A stretch of 64,000 bases of DNA from Paragordius varius (lineage: Eukaryota; Animalia; Nematomorpha): positions 8,990,001-9,054,000 of the forward strand of contig OZ176053.1 of NCBI GenBank assembly GCA_964247055.1, given 5' to 3'. The notes beneath the pieces are model-generated. The model was not told where the DNA came from. It saw only the letters and a program-made list of their open reading frames with translations, and made no database searches. Shown piece by piece: positions 39,701 through 54,063 of this stretch (position 1 is its first letter; each line of letters starts with the position of its first letter). A program made the position numbers and the translations under genes.

Positions 39701-41402
39701 AAAACGGAATCAAAACCATTTAGTATAGACTCCTTTTCAAAAAATATATAAGAGGTGAACAGAAAATCCTGTAAAACCATGATTTTTTTAAAAACTTTAA
39801 AGCTTATATTCTTTTCAAAGGCTTTATATTTGTATAATTACTGATCTTATACTATTTTATTGATACAACTATGGAATTTTAATAAAAAAAATATCTTAAA
39901 AACTTAATGATAAAAAACATTGGACAAGGCAAGACTCCTCTAAAAGTACGTTTACATAATATAAATATTAAATGTTGTTTGAATGTCACTTAGTTTATCG
40001 TAAATATTATTAATGAAACAAACACTACAAAAAAACAAATTTATACACAAACTAAACCACAAAATGTAAAAAAAATATTTAATAGAGATATAGCAGTTAT
40101 ACGCTTGAAGCGGAAACAATACGTTACATACATACATATTTAGGGAACAAAAAATTATTATTAAAAATCAATATTTTTTGTAGTTATTTTTGAAACATAA
40201 TATACATAGTAGATTGCTGTAAATAATTTTTCATGCATGCGAGAGATAATAACATTAAATTTGGCTATCGTGTCTAATTTTATAAAAAAAAACAAGAATG
40301 TAAAAACAGGTTATGTATTATTTTATATTTCTCTTAGGAAATCTAGATGACGTAAAGCCTTTAAATTGATTTGATATTTTACATATTAATATACTATGGC
40401 TAAAACTTTTATAGTAAAATGTTAATAAAATGTTAAATTCCATTATATATATCTCCTTAAAAAGTTATTCGAAAACATATGAAGGCAAAAAACACCAAAT
40501 ACAATACCGTAATTTATGAGATCAGACATACAAGATTTAATGATTTATACAAATAAACTTTTAATTCACTAATGAAAAAAGGTTAAATTTTATAATACGA
40601 TTTCCCTGTGCCAAATGTTTAATACTATTATTTTTAAGTACATGTCTGTTAAAATTAATCCTTTAAAAGATGCAATAAAATCTTCTCATGTTATATATGA
40701 TTTCTCGGCCGTTTGTATTGATATGTATGAAATAATAAATTAAACTTTTTACCGTCAAAACTTCCTTGCGTCATAGCCAAATTAAGCAATTGTTTATAGG
40801 TTTTATGACTTGGAACAAAGACAAACATACCGGAATTAAAACAATCAGGCCAGCCGATGTCAGGAACGGCAGATATTTCTGCGTGTTCAAACAATTCATC
40901 ACAATTTTTAAGGACCTTAAAGATAAAAATTGTTATAAAGTTTTATTCGATTTGGATTGATTTACACCTATTTTAAATCTATATGGAAATAAATTCGAAT
41001 ACAAATAAAAACGATAAACCACAATCCTAACAAAGTCTACCGATTGTAAAATTAATTTAAAAAATTTGTCATAATTTGCATTCAAAATTTAATTAATGCA
41101 AAATTATTAAATCCATTTAGGAGCCAATTTAAAAAAAAATCCTAAAATCCTATAAATAGTGTCAAAATTTGTATTGAAATATAATTGGATTTTTAATTTA
41201 TTCGCTTTCGATAATTTGGTATTGTTGTCTTACAAATACGTTGATTACATTTATGATGTAACCCCAAATTTGCACAATCAAATATTATATAAAACATTTT
41301 GTCATCATCTTATTCCAAAAGCGAACGAATAAAATTAATTTTGTTTTACAAATTTTTTAAAACAATCATATATTTATACAAAAATCAAAAAATCTTTAAG
41401 CT

Positions 41403-41474
<72 letters not shown>

Positions 41475-42290
41475 GTCGATGATACAATTTTAACTAATTA
41501 GAATAAAAGTTGCCAATAAAAATTAAAATATTCTTAAAGTGGAATAAAAGTTTTATATATTTCTTTACTAGGCAATCTGAATCAAGATAAACACATTTGT
41601 GGTATTGAGTCAAGGTCCAACACTTAATTTTGGTGAAAGTGACACCGAGTTCAGGTCTGCGAATTAAGGCTAAATTTGCATCGTCCTGACTTTCGAGTAC
41701 GTCCACGCATGTAATGTGATCATAAACGGCATTTAAATGATTCCTAGTAATTAATCATTCGCATTATATATATGTACAGTGTAGTGTGTTGTAAATTTTG
41801 AAACGTTTTAATTCATTTATTAAATCAACATAAAAATGATGTATCGATTGCGTGTTGAAATCAAATATATAATACGCTTTTGAATATGAACGGCCAAATG
41901 CTAAAACTAACACCATCATCATAATAATGGCTATTTTTTATCATTCAAAAAATTTAGAATAGAATTAAAACATAATTAATTTAAAATATAATGCATGTTT
42001 AATAATCTAGCAATGTGGAACTTTAAATAAAAACCTCATAGATTGTGTGACCATAGGTGTTATGATTATGGCTAGTTCTCGGTTTGTGCCAGACTCTTTG
42101 AGAGAATGTCCAAGCACCAAGGCCCCAAGGGCATAACTATCGTTGGTCGCAAGTGTTACATAAGCTTGATCATGTACTAAAGTATAAACAAAATTGATAG
42201 GTAGGTCTTATTAAACAACATCAGATATTTTTTCGCTAAATAGGAAAGCCACATTTATTTTATACTAATGTTAAATATAATACCTTTCAT
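36738..42290 (-). CDS. GYG1: Glycogenin. Exons 42290-42284, 42176-42035, 41743-41569, 40915-40753, 39467-39341, 38961-38778, [38342-37452 putative cassette], 36935-36738; 331 aa without and 628 aa with the cassette
   Basis: [19 protein letters not shown]; [14 protein letters not shown]; DxD motif YLDSD; [12 protein letters not shown]; GSFDGGDQG; IYN...TYTY (autoglucosylation Tyr region); [11 protein letters not shown]; C-terminal [18 protein letters not shown]. Confidence 0.94.
41407..41469. repeat. (TA)n microsatellite. Others at ~13449, 13581, 46731-46770, 51117, 52533-52579, 55699-55735 and 56842
   Basis: Direct observation. Confidence 0.95.
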
Positions 42291-45200
42291 TTCACCTTAC
42301 AGTCATTGATATTAGAATAAACAAACGTCCTTTGATGCTATAATAAGAATGTATATACTCAGCGATACGAATTTGTTGTTAATTAAGAAAACTGTAAATT
42401 TTATATATATATAAGGTATGTTGGTAAAAATTATATACCCAATCACAGTTGCATATTTAAACAAAAAATAATTTATTTATTTATTGGATAATTTATGAAA
42501 GATTGAAACAATGACTCTTCCTCTTTAATATTGTTTCATCACTTTTTTCGTAATAAACGCGAAAAAACAGTTATATAATATTATATATTATTTATAACTA
42601 TAAATGTCTGAATATTATTGGGAAAAGTGTAAGAGTAACAATAGCGCGAATAAAATCGATTCTATTTACCGTATTGTTTGTATTTATTTTATGCATTTAA
42701 CTTTGTGGTTATATATCTTAATTGTTTACATTTTTAACATATTGAGCAAAGAAATATAAAGCGCACACTTAATTTATAATTTTGTTGAGATGCCTAATCA
42801 TACCCTCGCTTTTTTCAACCCTAAAAACCCATGAACTATAATAATAAAAATATTGATTTAATATTTATTAACAATGAATAAAAATATGACAGTTGTTTAG
42901 GTTTAAACGGGAAAATATTGCAACATTTATAAATGATAAATACAATACATTACATTACATTCCCTTTCCTACCTAATTAATAATAATTTGAGAATATGAA
43001 TAGATTTTCCAAAATTTATAATAAATAATATTCGATTCAATTGTTTCTTTGCTAAATTTGTGGGTTTAAACAAAAAAATTATTCCTGCTAAAATGGGATG
43101 TACATTTATATTGCATATTTTTGTGTGAAAATTATTGATTTTGTCCCACGCATAACCTTGCCATTGAAAATATGAATAAATATTAATCGCTTTTATTTAT
43201 AAATAGTAGTTATAAGAAATCATGGTTACTAAAAATAGATAATAATTTTTTATTTGCATAATTTAGTTTTTTTGCATGTTAAATCTGCTCAATAAACCTA
43301 ATTTATTTTGCCAAGATAATTAATAACACAATATATAACATACCCATTCCAAATAGGAATTGTTTAAAATTAAATTTGAAAAATTAAAAAATTAATATTG
43401 TCATACATATTTCTTTTAGGCACCAATCTGTATTAATTATTTCCGCTATGGTTGGTTATTGACCGTATAGTAATTGGTTTTACCCCTTTCATATGCAGCA
43501 ATCTTAATTATAAAATATATATATTTGTAATAAAAAATAAAAATAATCAATCATATTAATTTTTATAGTTTCAACAATTTATAAAAAATAGGTAATAAAT
43601 TTTGTAAAATTTTTACCGTTAATTAGAAGTTCTATAACTAGGGTTGTGCTGATCAAGTCAATGACCTGGTTAATTGATCATATCCTGATTAAGTCAATGA
43701 CCATTCCATGGTCATTTAAAAAATCAGCTGTTTTTTACAAAAATTGACTATTGATTATTTAAACCATATTTATTAATATAAATTAAACATATTGCTTATA
43801 AATATAATATTAATTTCCCTAATATTAAATATGTAAAAAAATTGTCAAACATTCATTGATAATTTGTTAATTATAATACAAAAACCGGGCCTTTTATGCT
43901 GCATTTTAAATTAGAGCCACTGAATTTTGGAAACTTGTCAGCCCTTTTTCTGCATAAAATCTATCCATCTTATGCAAACAATAATATATATATTTCTACT
44001 GCAAGAACAATGCCAAAAGAAGTTTTTCGATGTCAATATATATTTACAATCATAGGAATTAAAGGATGATTGAATAAATTGATGTCCATTATTAGAATCT
44101 ACGAAAAAGATTATATTAATCTTTCTGAATCGAATGAAGTCCATACAATTATTTAATATTATTTTTTCATAAAATCTTCATTGAATAAGATTAAATATAT
44201 AATTATATATATTTTTTAAATCATAGATAACCAAAAAATGTATATATAAAACTTTACAAAAATCATAGTATTTTTATAAAGCTTCTGGTATCGTTTAAAC
44301 ATTTATCACTTTTGCAATCTTAAAATATCGCTTGTTATATACATTAAGGGCCTTTTTGATATAATTTTTAAAGTTTTAACAAAATAAGTGCAATAATTCC
44401 ACAAGTTCTCAATATGATCTGACTAGGTCTGGCCAGTTTTTATTGCACAATTTTCTTTACAATATTTAATTCTTTTACTTTTTGATAAACATATGTAAAA
44501 ATGTTTGATTATTTTTAAAACATCAACCCTAAAATGTGCATGTTAAAGTTTAAAAAATTGCAAATAATTTTTACGCAAATCTGATTTTAATTGTCGATGA
44601 ATCTATGATCCAAAATACAATGCAGGAAAAAAAATTCCAAAACGATTTTCATTTTTTCCTTCTGAGCTGGTAGTTATATAAAATTTTTAATTCAAAATTA
44701 TCAGAAGTGGTAGCATTTTTAAGGACAACAGTTAGCATCTGGCACGATCAATAATTTATTTGGGTTATTTAAAAGCTTGTGATGAGCTAAATCTATTTAT
44801 TTATGAAATTTTAAATGCTGGCTTTGAAGCAATTTTCTTTAAGTGTAAGACCATTAAAAATAACATTGGTCCTTATAGGTTTTCGAAAAAAGTATGATTC
44901 CGAGTTTTTCTTAATGATTTGTTGAGTTAGATATACCTATTTAGTTGATAAAGGTCCGCAATATTTCCCCTAGGTAGTATAGGCGTTTTAACTTTGAGTG
45001 AAGACTAAGTTGAAAATGGAATAATGCTGCGTGATGGAAAAATAAGAATTTTTTAATCAATACAGAAATATTTTTTAAATAGCTATTATAAAAGGCAAAG
45101 AAAGAAATCTTTAACCAGAATTTTAGTCTAGGCTAATAAATTCTCACATTGATAAAAAAGTGAAATCTAAGACCTGCCAAAATAGTGATGGTAAAAATTG

Positions 45201-45814
45201 AATTCTCTTTGAGAGCGAATTTATGATATAACTGGTTTTATGGACGGCTAGTATAGTGGATACGTTCTAAAAATTTTGTGTAATTGATTTTCATAACAAG
45301 GGGGGATCTACAATTATCATATTTGAAATAAAAATTTTGGCCGGTTTGAACCACCTTTTTATTCTCTCATAGCGGGTCACTATTTACTTTGAATTCCAAA
45401 AATATCGTTCAAAACTCAATATGCAGCATATTTATTCCTTCTTACCACCCTTAATGGGTAAGGACGAAGTGAACACTAAAGAAAATCTAACGGGCTGAAA
45501 GAACAGTTGGCAATTCCTAAAACTCGGCGATGCTGAATGTTTTATCAACGTCCCGCCAGTGGGTCAAAAATCAGCATTTTTTGGGCTGAAAACTGAGGGG
45601 TAGAATGGATTTAATTCCTTTTCTATCTGATGAGAAGATTTTTTCAAAAAATTTCATCCTATACTAGTTGTATGAATTCAAACTGAGATGGTGAAAAGGG
45701 ATAGTTGAATCTCCGAAACCTCGGCTGTACATCAATGTGTTAAGGGACGGAGCGATATTTTAATCAAAATTTTTTGTTGATGGAAACGTTCAGTCAGCAT
45801 CATCGCATTACACA

Positions 45815-46725
45815 GTGTCCACAAAAAAATATCCAGAAAAAATATATTTACTCTAAAAAAATGTATATATTTGCATTAGTTTTGCCCTTACGGGTGAGGC
45901 AGTTATTTACACTTTTGTATAAGTGCCTTATATCAGAAAATGGCAAAATTTGCGGACATATTTTTTAATAAATTTATTTTGGCAGCTAAATGGTTCATTC
46001 CAAAAATATCACAATATATATCATAAAATTATACCATTTGCAGTTCAAATTCACCCTTTAACAATTCAAACCCTCGAACAATTCATATTCACCCTAAAAA
46101 TAATTTGTGTTTTCAAACTAATATAACTCATTAATTTTATCAAATATATCTTTACGGCACAGTTTATAATTTTTTGAGTAAACAAATTTTTTTAATAATA
46201 TAAAAAATAAAGGTAATTTTTAATTTTAAAAATATAAGGGTGAATTTGAATTGTTTGAGGGTAAATTTCAATTGTTCAAGGATTTATTTGAATTGTAAAT
46301 GGTATAAAGCAAAACAGAAAGTTTATGAAATTTGAATTTTTAGATGTGGACCCCGAAAGTGCCAACTTTCGCTTTTCTAAAATTATTAAATGCTCCTATA
46401 ATGAACGCAAAACTGGTGAGACTGCGCGATAAAAATTTAAATATATGCTAATTATTATATCAAATAATTCAAAAAAATGCATACTTTTTTAAAAATTTAT
46501 TTTTTATCAAATTTTATTGAAGAGTTTAAGGTATAAACACTTTTCTATATTATCACCTCAGAATTTTTATTCAAAGGTTCACTTGCTTTAAAATTTGAAT
46601 GTTTTTTGAATAAAATACAATTTATTTTGAACAATTTTAAGATTAACCAATATTTAATCAATTCTGAGGTGAAAGAAATGTTTATCAATATACACAGTAA
46701 GTGTAGGCAAAAAAAATATCATAAT

Positions 46726-46776
<51 letters not shown>

Positions 46777-47700
46777 AGAAAAATGTATCAGAAATCTAAT
46801 GGTGCTTTTGGATTTGGGACTTACAAGTGATAAAGGAAGTTATTATAATATTTTGGTAAGTGTTCCGCAGAATATGGCAAAATTTGAGTACATTTTTTGT
46901 AATATAATTGTTTTAGAAAAGCTCGGTTCATACCAAAAAATATCAGAAAATTATATAACAAACAACTTATAAAAAGCAAAGCAATATTAATATTTTAATT
47001 TTTGGATGTGGGCTCTGAAAGTCCCAAATTTTTTTTATATTCTAAAACGGGCTAGTTCTTTTAAAATAAACGCAAAATTACCGGGATTGCGCGATAAAAT
47101 TATTAAATCTATGCTAAATTTGACATAAAAATTTCAAACATGCATTTAAAAAAATTTAATTTTTAGCAAAATTTTGTTGAGGCATATTTCATCCTTTTTA
47201 AAGAAGAAAATGATATAAAAACGCTTTTAGATATTATAAAAACACCTTTTTTATATTGATGATGCTGATCATTTCGATCTCCTCAGAATCTTGATTAAAA
47301 TATATGTTTGTCTCCAAATTTATGTCATAAAGTGTATACACTCCGATTTTGTACATTGTATAATTTAACGCGCAATCTCGGCATATTTGCGTTTATTATG
47401 AGACGGAGCCCATCTCAAAAATTGTTTGTGAAAAATGGTTTTGACTTTTTCTTTAGTTTAAGTATTTTATTGATTTTTTGGAAGAAAGATTGGAGCTTTC
47501 ATCATATAATTTTTAACGTGAACATATTTACATATTTAAGAAGAAAAATTGACACAATTTTATATAGTTTTTTGAGTCATTCGTAACGGTCAAAAACTAA
47601 AGCACCCACTTATCAAAAGGACATTTCACTGTGATATTTATAGGGTATGTTTATTTTCTACTTTTTGAAATAAAGCATGCTTTTACCAAAACTTTATTTT
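45815..47700. mobile_element. Cluster of a long-TIR/foldback repeat family: + copies ~45815-46600 and ~46775-47290, - copy ~47330-47700
   Basis: Shared motif gat(g/a)tgggctc(c/t)gaaagt...attgcgcgataaaa at ~46344 and ~47006, inverted at ~47400. Boundaries are approximate. Confidence 0.6.
46034..46302. mobile_element. TA-flanked MITE, family B
   Basis: TA|CCATTTGCAGTTCAAATTCACCC...GAATTGTAAATGG|TA with ~20-nt subterminal repeats; second copy at 59754-60018. Confidence 0.8.
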
Positions 47701-47972
47701 TAATTTAATTTTGTTTTTCGATAATTATCAGAATGGCATGGCATGAATTGCTCGTAAGACCCAAAACCAAATGCAAAATGAGATTCCTGAAACATTTATC
47801 CATCTATAATAAAGGGTAATTTTTCAATTTAATACGCAGTGTAATATAAACAAAACACTATTGTAATCCAATTTTTTTTATCAAAATCAAACTGCATCAG
47901 GATTATTTTTAACGTTTACGATATTATTTTGATTAAAAGTTTCAGCAGTTTGGCTCAATTATGTAAATCCAT

Positions 47973-48752
47973 ATGTATAGCACTCGGTTTTTAAGGCCTA
48001 TTGTAATCAAGAGTATTTCTTTTTATTCCACAAAAACACCGATTAATATATCATATATTCACCATTCAAACAATTATTTTTTAGTCCCTCACAAGGCATT
48101 ATTTTATATAAGTTATGTAAATTTTTCCGATTTATCCAATAAATCCATTCCGCCCAAAAAAGATGAAGATCTTCTTAATCGAGATGAAAATGATAAGTCA
48201 CTATCCTTATGGATGCGATTTAAAATAATGATGAAAAAATACTGGTATGTTTTAGTACCAGTTCATTTTGTTACCACTGTTATATGGTTAACGTCCTTTT
48301 GGTACGCTGCTAAATGGTAAGTTTATCTTTAATTTATTTACAAAACTTTACGATTAATTTAAACTTTTTACCATTTAGCGGGCTTGATGTTGTACCTTTG
48401 TTTGAAAAGTTGGGAATGCCCGATAAGTTTATTGAACCGCTCAAAAAATCGGGAGCTACCTATTTTGCAACCGCTTATGCCCTTTACAAACTTATATCTC
48501 CCATACGATATGCCATAACTATAGGATGTATAATAAAAAAAATTTTATTTAATATTTTTTATATCCCAAATTACATTTTATTTTTATTTGTAATTAGTAA
48601 CGACATTATCGATAAGATATCTTACAAGATGGGGATATATTAAACCCGTTCCGTCCAAAGAACAAATCAAAAAATTTGTCCATAGTTTGCGAGAAGAAAG
48701 ACTAAGAAAACGAAATACTAATTCTATAGTCAAAAATAAAAAACGTAGCTGA
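47973..48752 (+). CDS. FAM210A: FAM210A-like mitochondrial protein (DUF1279), 215 aa. Exons 47973-48316, 48379-48527, 48598-48752
   Basis: Presequence-like N-terminus; RFKIMMKKYWYVLVPVHFVT; GLDVVPLFEKLG; AYALYKLISPIRY; RYLTRWGYIKP. Confidence 0.88.
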
Positions 48753-48963
48753 TAATTTTTTAAATTTTATGGATTATAATTTATTGTTAGCAAACTTTAG
48801 CGCACCAAACATTACAAAATAATAATGTGAATAAATTATTACTATTTACGAATATTTTGGAAAGCCTTCCTTTAAAACATCTTTTATGCTCCAATAAACA
48901 TTTTAGCATTAAGAGTTTTTTATTTTTGAGATAAACTTTGATATTCTTTAAAATCGTTTATAA

Positions 48964-49492
48964 CACTTCATGACCCTTTCAATTTTTAATCCGCGATAAC
49001 ATATTTGGGTAATTTTATTTCCCAGAGTTTAATATTGTACATTAACTAGTGTGTTAAAAGTCATTTGAGTTAAATTTAAATTATCAAACATTGTTATTTA
49101 TTAGATAAAAAGCTTATAGTTTTTAAAATTTTGTGACTTCTAGAGAAAATTGGGGCAACTTCAAAACTTGACTAAATAGAACAACTGATTTTAATATCTG
49201 TATAAATCAAGTATTTGCCTTTAAAATGCAATCTAAAAGCCAAATTTAGTAAATTATTTATATTTTCTATCCATAATATAATTAATTGTCTATTGTATCG
49301 ATTAAAAAAATTTAAAAAAAATGGCAGATAAAAAGGTAGAACGGATTTTTTTACTATATTTTTCAAAAAAATGTATACCCCTCAAATATTAAGAGATAAT
49401 ATTTTTTGATTTAATACCTAAAGTACTTTTTTAGATATTCGAACATCGAATCATTCTAGGTTAATAAACCACCCCAAAAGGTCATGGAATGT
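48964..49492. mobile_element. TTAA-flanked (piggyBac-like) MITE
   Basis: CACTTCATGACC...GGTCATGGAATG|TTAA; left flank is ATAA; homologous to 54457-54984. Confidence 0.6.
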
Positions 49493-50124
49493 TAAATCCA
49501 AATTGGAAATGATAAAGTAAAAACATAAAAAAATTAAATTAAAACATTATTGTATTATAAAAATAAATGTTATCAAAATTTAATAAATGAAAAATAATAT
49601 AGCTTCTAGTACTAGATCTCTAGAGGTACTTTAAATATGCACATACGGTATTATTAACCACAACAATAGGTTGGAACATATTAGATATATATTTTATCCC
49701 TTATATTTTTATGCTAAAGTATAAAAATGATATGAAAGTAAACAACATTGTGTATGGTAAAAATTTGGCCCCATGTAATTCAATTTCGAATATTAATACT
49801 TCATTAGTTTTTTAAAGACGGAGAGGTTTTTATTGTCCCCGATAAACTTATAAAAAAAACATAAAGTTGTTTTCGATAAATCATTAGATTCTGGATAAAA
49901 GGGTTGTTTTTTATAACTTCTGGAGTGTAGAATTTAAAATGTAAATTCAATAAAAACCAACAGTTGATATTAATGATAATCATTTTAAATATTTAATAAA
50001 TTGTTTATTTGCCAGCTATATTACCATTATAAAGAAATATAAAAAATATTTTACGCCAAAAATTTCGTGAATTTGTATGCCTAAAAGACCATAAAATTCC
50101 ATTATTTCAATTTAAATTAATATA

Positions 50125-51007
50125 CCATATCCCAGTCAAAAAACCTTTTCCCAGTCATCGAAACGAATTTCCAATCAATAAAAACATTTTCCCAGTCAAT
50201 AAAAACGGTTTTATTTTTGAAGATAATATCAAAACAACATATAAAAATAACTTTTAACCATTATCAGCGTAATATTAGGATATTATTTTTTATTAAAAAT
50301 AACAATTTTTCCTATATATTCCAATACACAATCACTAATGACTTACTTTTTAAAAGCCATACCTTATTCACTGGATGGTATTTTATGGTTTTTGAGATAT
50401 TATAAGAAAATATTTATTAATTTTTTTATTTCATCGATGGTTCGCATAAATAATCCGGGCCAAAACTAAAAATATATAGTTTCGCATGAAATTATAAAAT
50501 TTAAAAATATACCATTTTCAAAACAATTCTTGTTTTTAAACATGACAAATTTGATTCTCGAAATACTATAGGAAAAAAAATTTTTAAACAAAAAAATATT
50601 TAATAAAAAAGATAATATAGGGTAAAGGTACAAATGGTTAAAATCCAATTTGAAGTATTAAATTCGAGATTAAAATGGTGTATTTGTTGTAAATTTTATC
50701 ATTTCTTAAACTATAGATTTAATAATTTAACCTGCATTATTAATGCGAACCATCGATAAAAAAAATATTAAATATTTCCTTAAAAATATCTCAAAAACCA
50801 TAAATACTGATCCAGTTAATAAATATAATTTTTTAAGAATAAGTTTTAATGATGGTGTATTGGATTACATAGAAAAAATTGTCATTCAATAATTGTGTTT
50901 CTAAAAATAATATCCTTATTAGTGTGCTCTTAATGATTAAAAGTTATTTTTATATTATTTTGATGTTTATTATCAAAAATAAAACCGTTTTATTGACTGG
51001 GAAATGG
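50125..51007. mobile_element. TA-flanked foldback MITE with ~280-bp inverted arms
   Basis: TA|CCATATCCCAGTCA...TGACTGGGAAATGG|TA; ~50185-50470 is the reverse complement of ~50720-51005. Confidence 0.75.
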
Positions 51008-51886
51008 TATATCATAAATACTTTCCACTGTATTTTTATTGTAGGTTTTGGAATAAAAATAACTACACCAAAAGGTAGTGAAGTGTAAATACCAGCACAA
51101 ATTAAATAGTACGAGTATATATATATATATATATATATATATACAAGTCTCCCGTTTAATCCTCAATCATACCAACTTATTAAAATTTAAAACACACTCT
51201 TAAGTCTTACGAAAGCTTTTTAGCCGAAAAAATACAACAACGGATTAAATCATGGTTTTCAGATAATAGTAATTTCATTTATAATCGAAGTTCTATAATT
51301 CTGCAATCACACGTGACCTTCCGACGAATTTGGGCACGAAACCAGCTCCCAATATAAATATCCTGGTTACATCATTTCAGCCAGCGATGGATAGCGATAG
51401 ATAAAAATTTGCATATACGGAAAAGTTACCATTCATTCACTAAACAACAGACACTTAATCTTATTAAGGGGAAAACATTTTTACCAATAAATTAGTTCTG
51501 ACAAATGTGCTGGCCCATGACTGTAACTAATGCCAAAAACATATAATTGCGAGAAAAAATATCAAAAACAATCCTTGCACCTAATCCCATCCTTTAAAAT
51601 TGTGCAACATATTAAATAGGCCCAAGATCGAATATGTTTTGTTAATAAACCGTTTACGATTCACTTACGTATACCGACGTTTTTAGGAACATCGCCCATA
51701 GTGCATGCTTAGCTCACTTCTACAACCATAAAAAATAAGGAGATTAAAAAGTTTGATAAAATTAAAATCTTAATTATGCGCTCGATCGCACTCTCTGGCT
51801 ATATGGATAACCTTCAAAACTGGATAACCTTCAAAACTGGAGAGTAAATAACTCATTGAGAATAATTTTTAGTCTATATTTATATA

Positions 51887-52530
51887 TCACAAACAATCAG
51901 TAATTAGATGAAAATTTGTGTGCGCTTTAGCATTATTGAGTTTAAGTAGTGAGCCAAGAACAGCATTTGAGCCCAATTCATAGGTGTGGGGAAATGACAT
52001 TCCTTGTTTCCTTTCATACATAACATGATGGACCTGTTCCCAACGAATGGGTTTAATTAATTGTTGACACAAAAGGCGTTTAGTATGGCTTGGTGAGGCG
52101 TGTTTATGCCCCGTCACAGATGAATACACTGGAATTATGGTAGGCTATTAAAAACATTATTATTATTATTATAATGATAATTATATAAATACAAAATAAA
52201 ATGAAAATCCAGTAAACAACATATAAAAGATTTAAATTTGAAAAAATTAATTCACACAAACAATTTTTTTATTGTAAAATTTGCTTATGCAAGTATATTA
52301 AATATAAATGTATATATGACCAAAGTCCTATTGCCAGCTCCCCGCGGTGTTGGCTGAGGCATGAAAATGCGCTAACGGCAAAGGCCAATTTCTAATGATA
52401 TGTAAATCATTAGTAGTAGACAAGGGCATGGTTACGTAAAAAATCTCCTCAGATTATTATGAAATATAAATATTATGAATATGATTTACTTCGTGGTACG
52501 AAAAGTCTGAATTTGGTGTCCTACCCTTTA

Positions 52531-52580
<50 letters not shown>

Positions 52581-54063
52581 TAGCGTAAATCTCGTGCTGC
52601 TAGGCAGCCCGAGGAAGTCCTTCGCACTTATGGGGGGGGGGGGGGGGAACTATTTGAAAAAAAGGAAAAATTTCGAAATATTATTTAATAGCTATGATCT
52701 CATAGGAATTTCAAAACGGTGCATTCATACTAATATATTGTTTACTTGGGCGAAAAATAAATTCAAAAAATTATTTTTGTGGATTTTGTTTTTTGATAAA
52801 AATGGCATTTTACGGGGGGAGCGGTAAAAAGAGGGCCTAAATTAAAAATGCGAGCCGACTATGTTCGGGAAAATAAGTAAACAAAAATCATATTTGAAAT
52901 TAAATGGTCCAACACTCCGGAAAATTGTCTCAAAGACACGATTTTTGTGGACTTCTGTTTAAACCCGTTTTTTGCACGGGGTGGGTCCGAACTGGGGGCC
53001 TAATTCAAAAGAAGGGCAAAGCTATTGTCGGGGCATTCATTAATAATTATAATTTTTCAATGGGTCTACCGGTTTTCTGGAAACAGATCACAAAGCCAGC
53101 ATTTTCCATTTTTATAAATATATAGATAATAAATAATTTGGAATAATAACCTTAATGTTGATTTTTTCAAGTTCTTTTTGAAATGCGCTAACCAGAGGCT
53201 TAAGAAACACTGAATTGTTGGCATAATTAATAGGGACACAGGTACAAGATCGTATGTTATAGTTGCGAAAATTATTTTGAATATATTCAAGCGCCTAATT
53301 AATTAACACAAAATTTTTACTTTATTATGACCAGATAATAATTTAGCCTCGGGATATAGATAGGATGAAATTGAACAAAAAGCGTTTTCAATCCCTTGTT
53401 GCATAGCAAATTTTTTTGCGTCGCTAATCATTTCACCTAATCTAAAAAGATTAAGTTTGTCCAAAGCATGTTATAAGTTGTGAATAATAATATTTAAATA
53501 TAGTTTACTTTGTACTTGGGTGTGTGCGGATTGACAACATACTTGTATTCGGATTTTCGTTAATAAGATCCTGAATAAATTTTCCCCGTAACAACAAGAG
53601 ATTAACTGTATCCTCCAAAGATATTGATTCGGTAAAAACTAGAGCGGCATACTCACCCACATTAATGCCGGAACATCCCACGCAATTTTCGACAATCTAA
53701 ATTTATGTCATAACTTACAGAAGGACAATGTAATGAGATTTCCTCAATGTAAAATAATTGTTGAATCAAATGGTTTATATGTTCTGATGCCAATGATTTG
53801 GTTTTGAATATATCATATCCCAAATGAGAATTTATGCGATTATAAAGAGAATATTTAGAATTTTTTGAATTGACAAAATTTGGGTTAGGTGACGTAAAAT
53901 CAGGAAACAAAAGAAGTGTCGTTTGTTCTGGATCAACATTTGGTCTAAAACAATGGGAATACTGATACTGACTTGTTGGTTTTTCGTTTCGAGGAATACA
54001 TGTTTGTAATTGTTCTGGTAATGAGGCATATTTGCGGTGCAATATTTTTAAATACCTGTGCAT
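51887..54063 (-). CDS. MCAT: Mitochondrial malonyl-CoA:ACP transacylase homologue lacking the catalytic Ser and His, ~351 aa. Exons 54063-53719, 53696-53509, 53441-53321, 53294-53151, 52144-51887 (alternative upstream ATGs at 54090 and 54114)
   Basis: LLLFP, HLGYDIF, IVENCVGCSGINVGEYAALVF, GIENAFCSISSYLYPEAKLLSGHNKALEYIQ and QQLIKPIRWEQVHHVMYERKQGMSFPHTYELG are collinear with metazoan MCAT. The N-terminus MHRYLKILHRKYAS resembles a mitochondrial presequence. Confidence 0.9.
52580..53126 (-). mobile_element. Complete 547-bp non-autonomous Helitron in MCAT intron 4
   Basis: Minus strand: A|TCTATATATTTATAAAAATGG 5' end; GC-rich hairpin CTCGGGCTGC-CTA-GCAGCACGAG 7 nt before the terminal CTAG|T; inserted between A and T with no TSD. 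Confidence 0.85.

Noticed and set aside
41299-41493. ORFs with IYIYIY runs (also 46606-46830 and 56738-57113)
   Set aside because: They are translations of (TA)n microsatellites.
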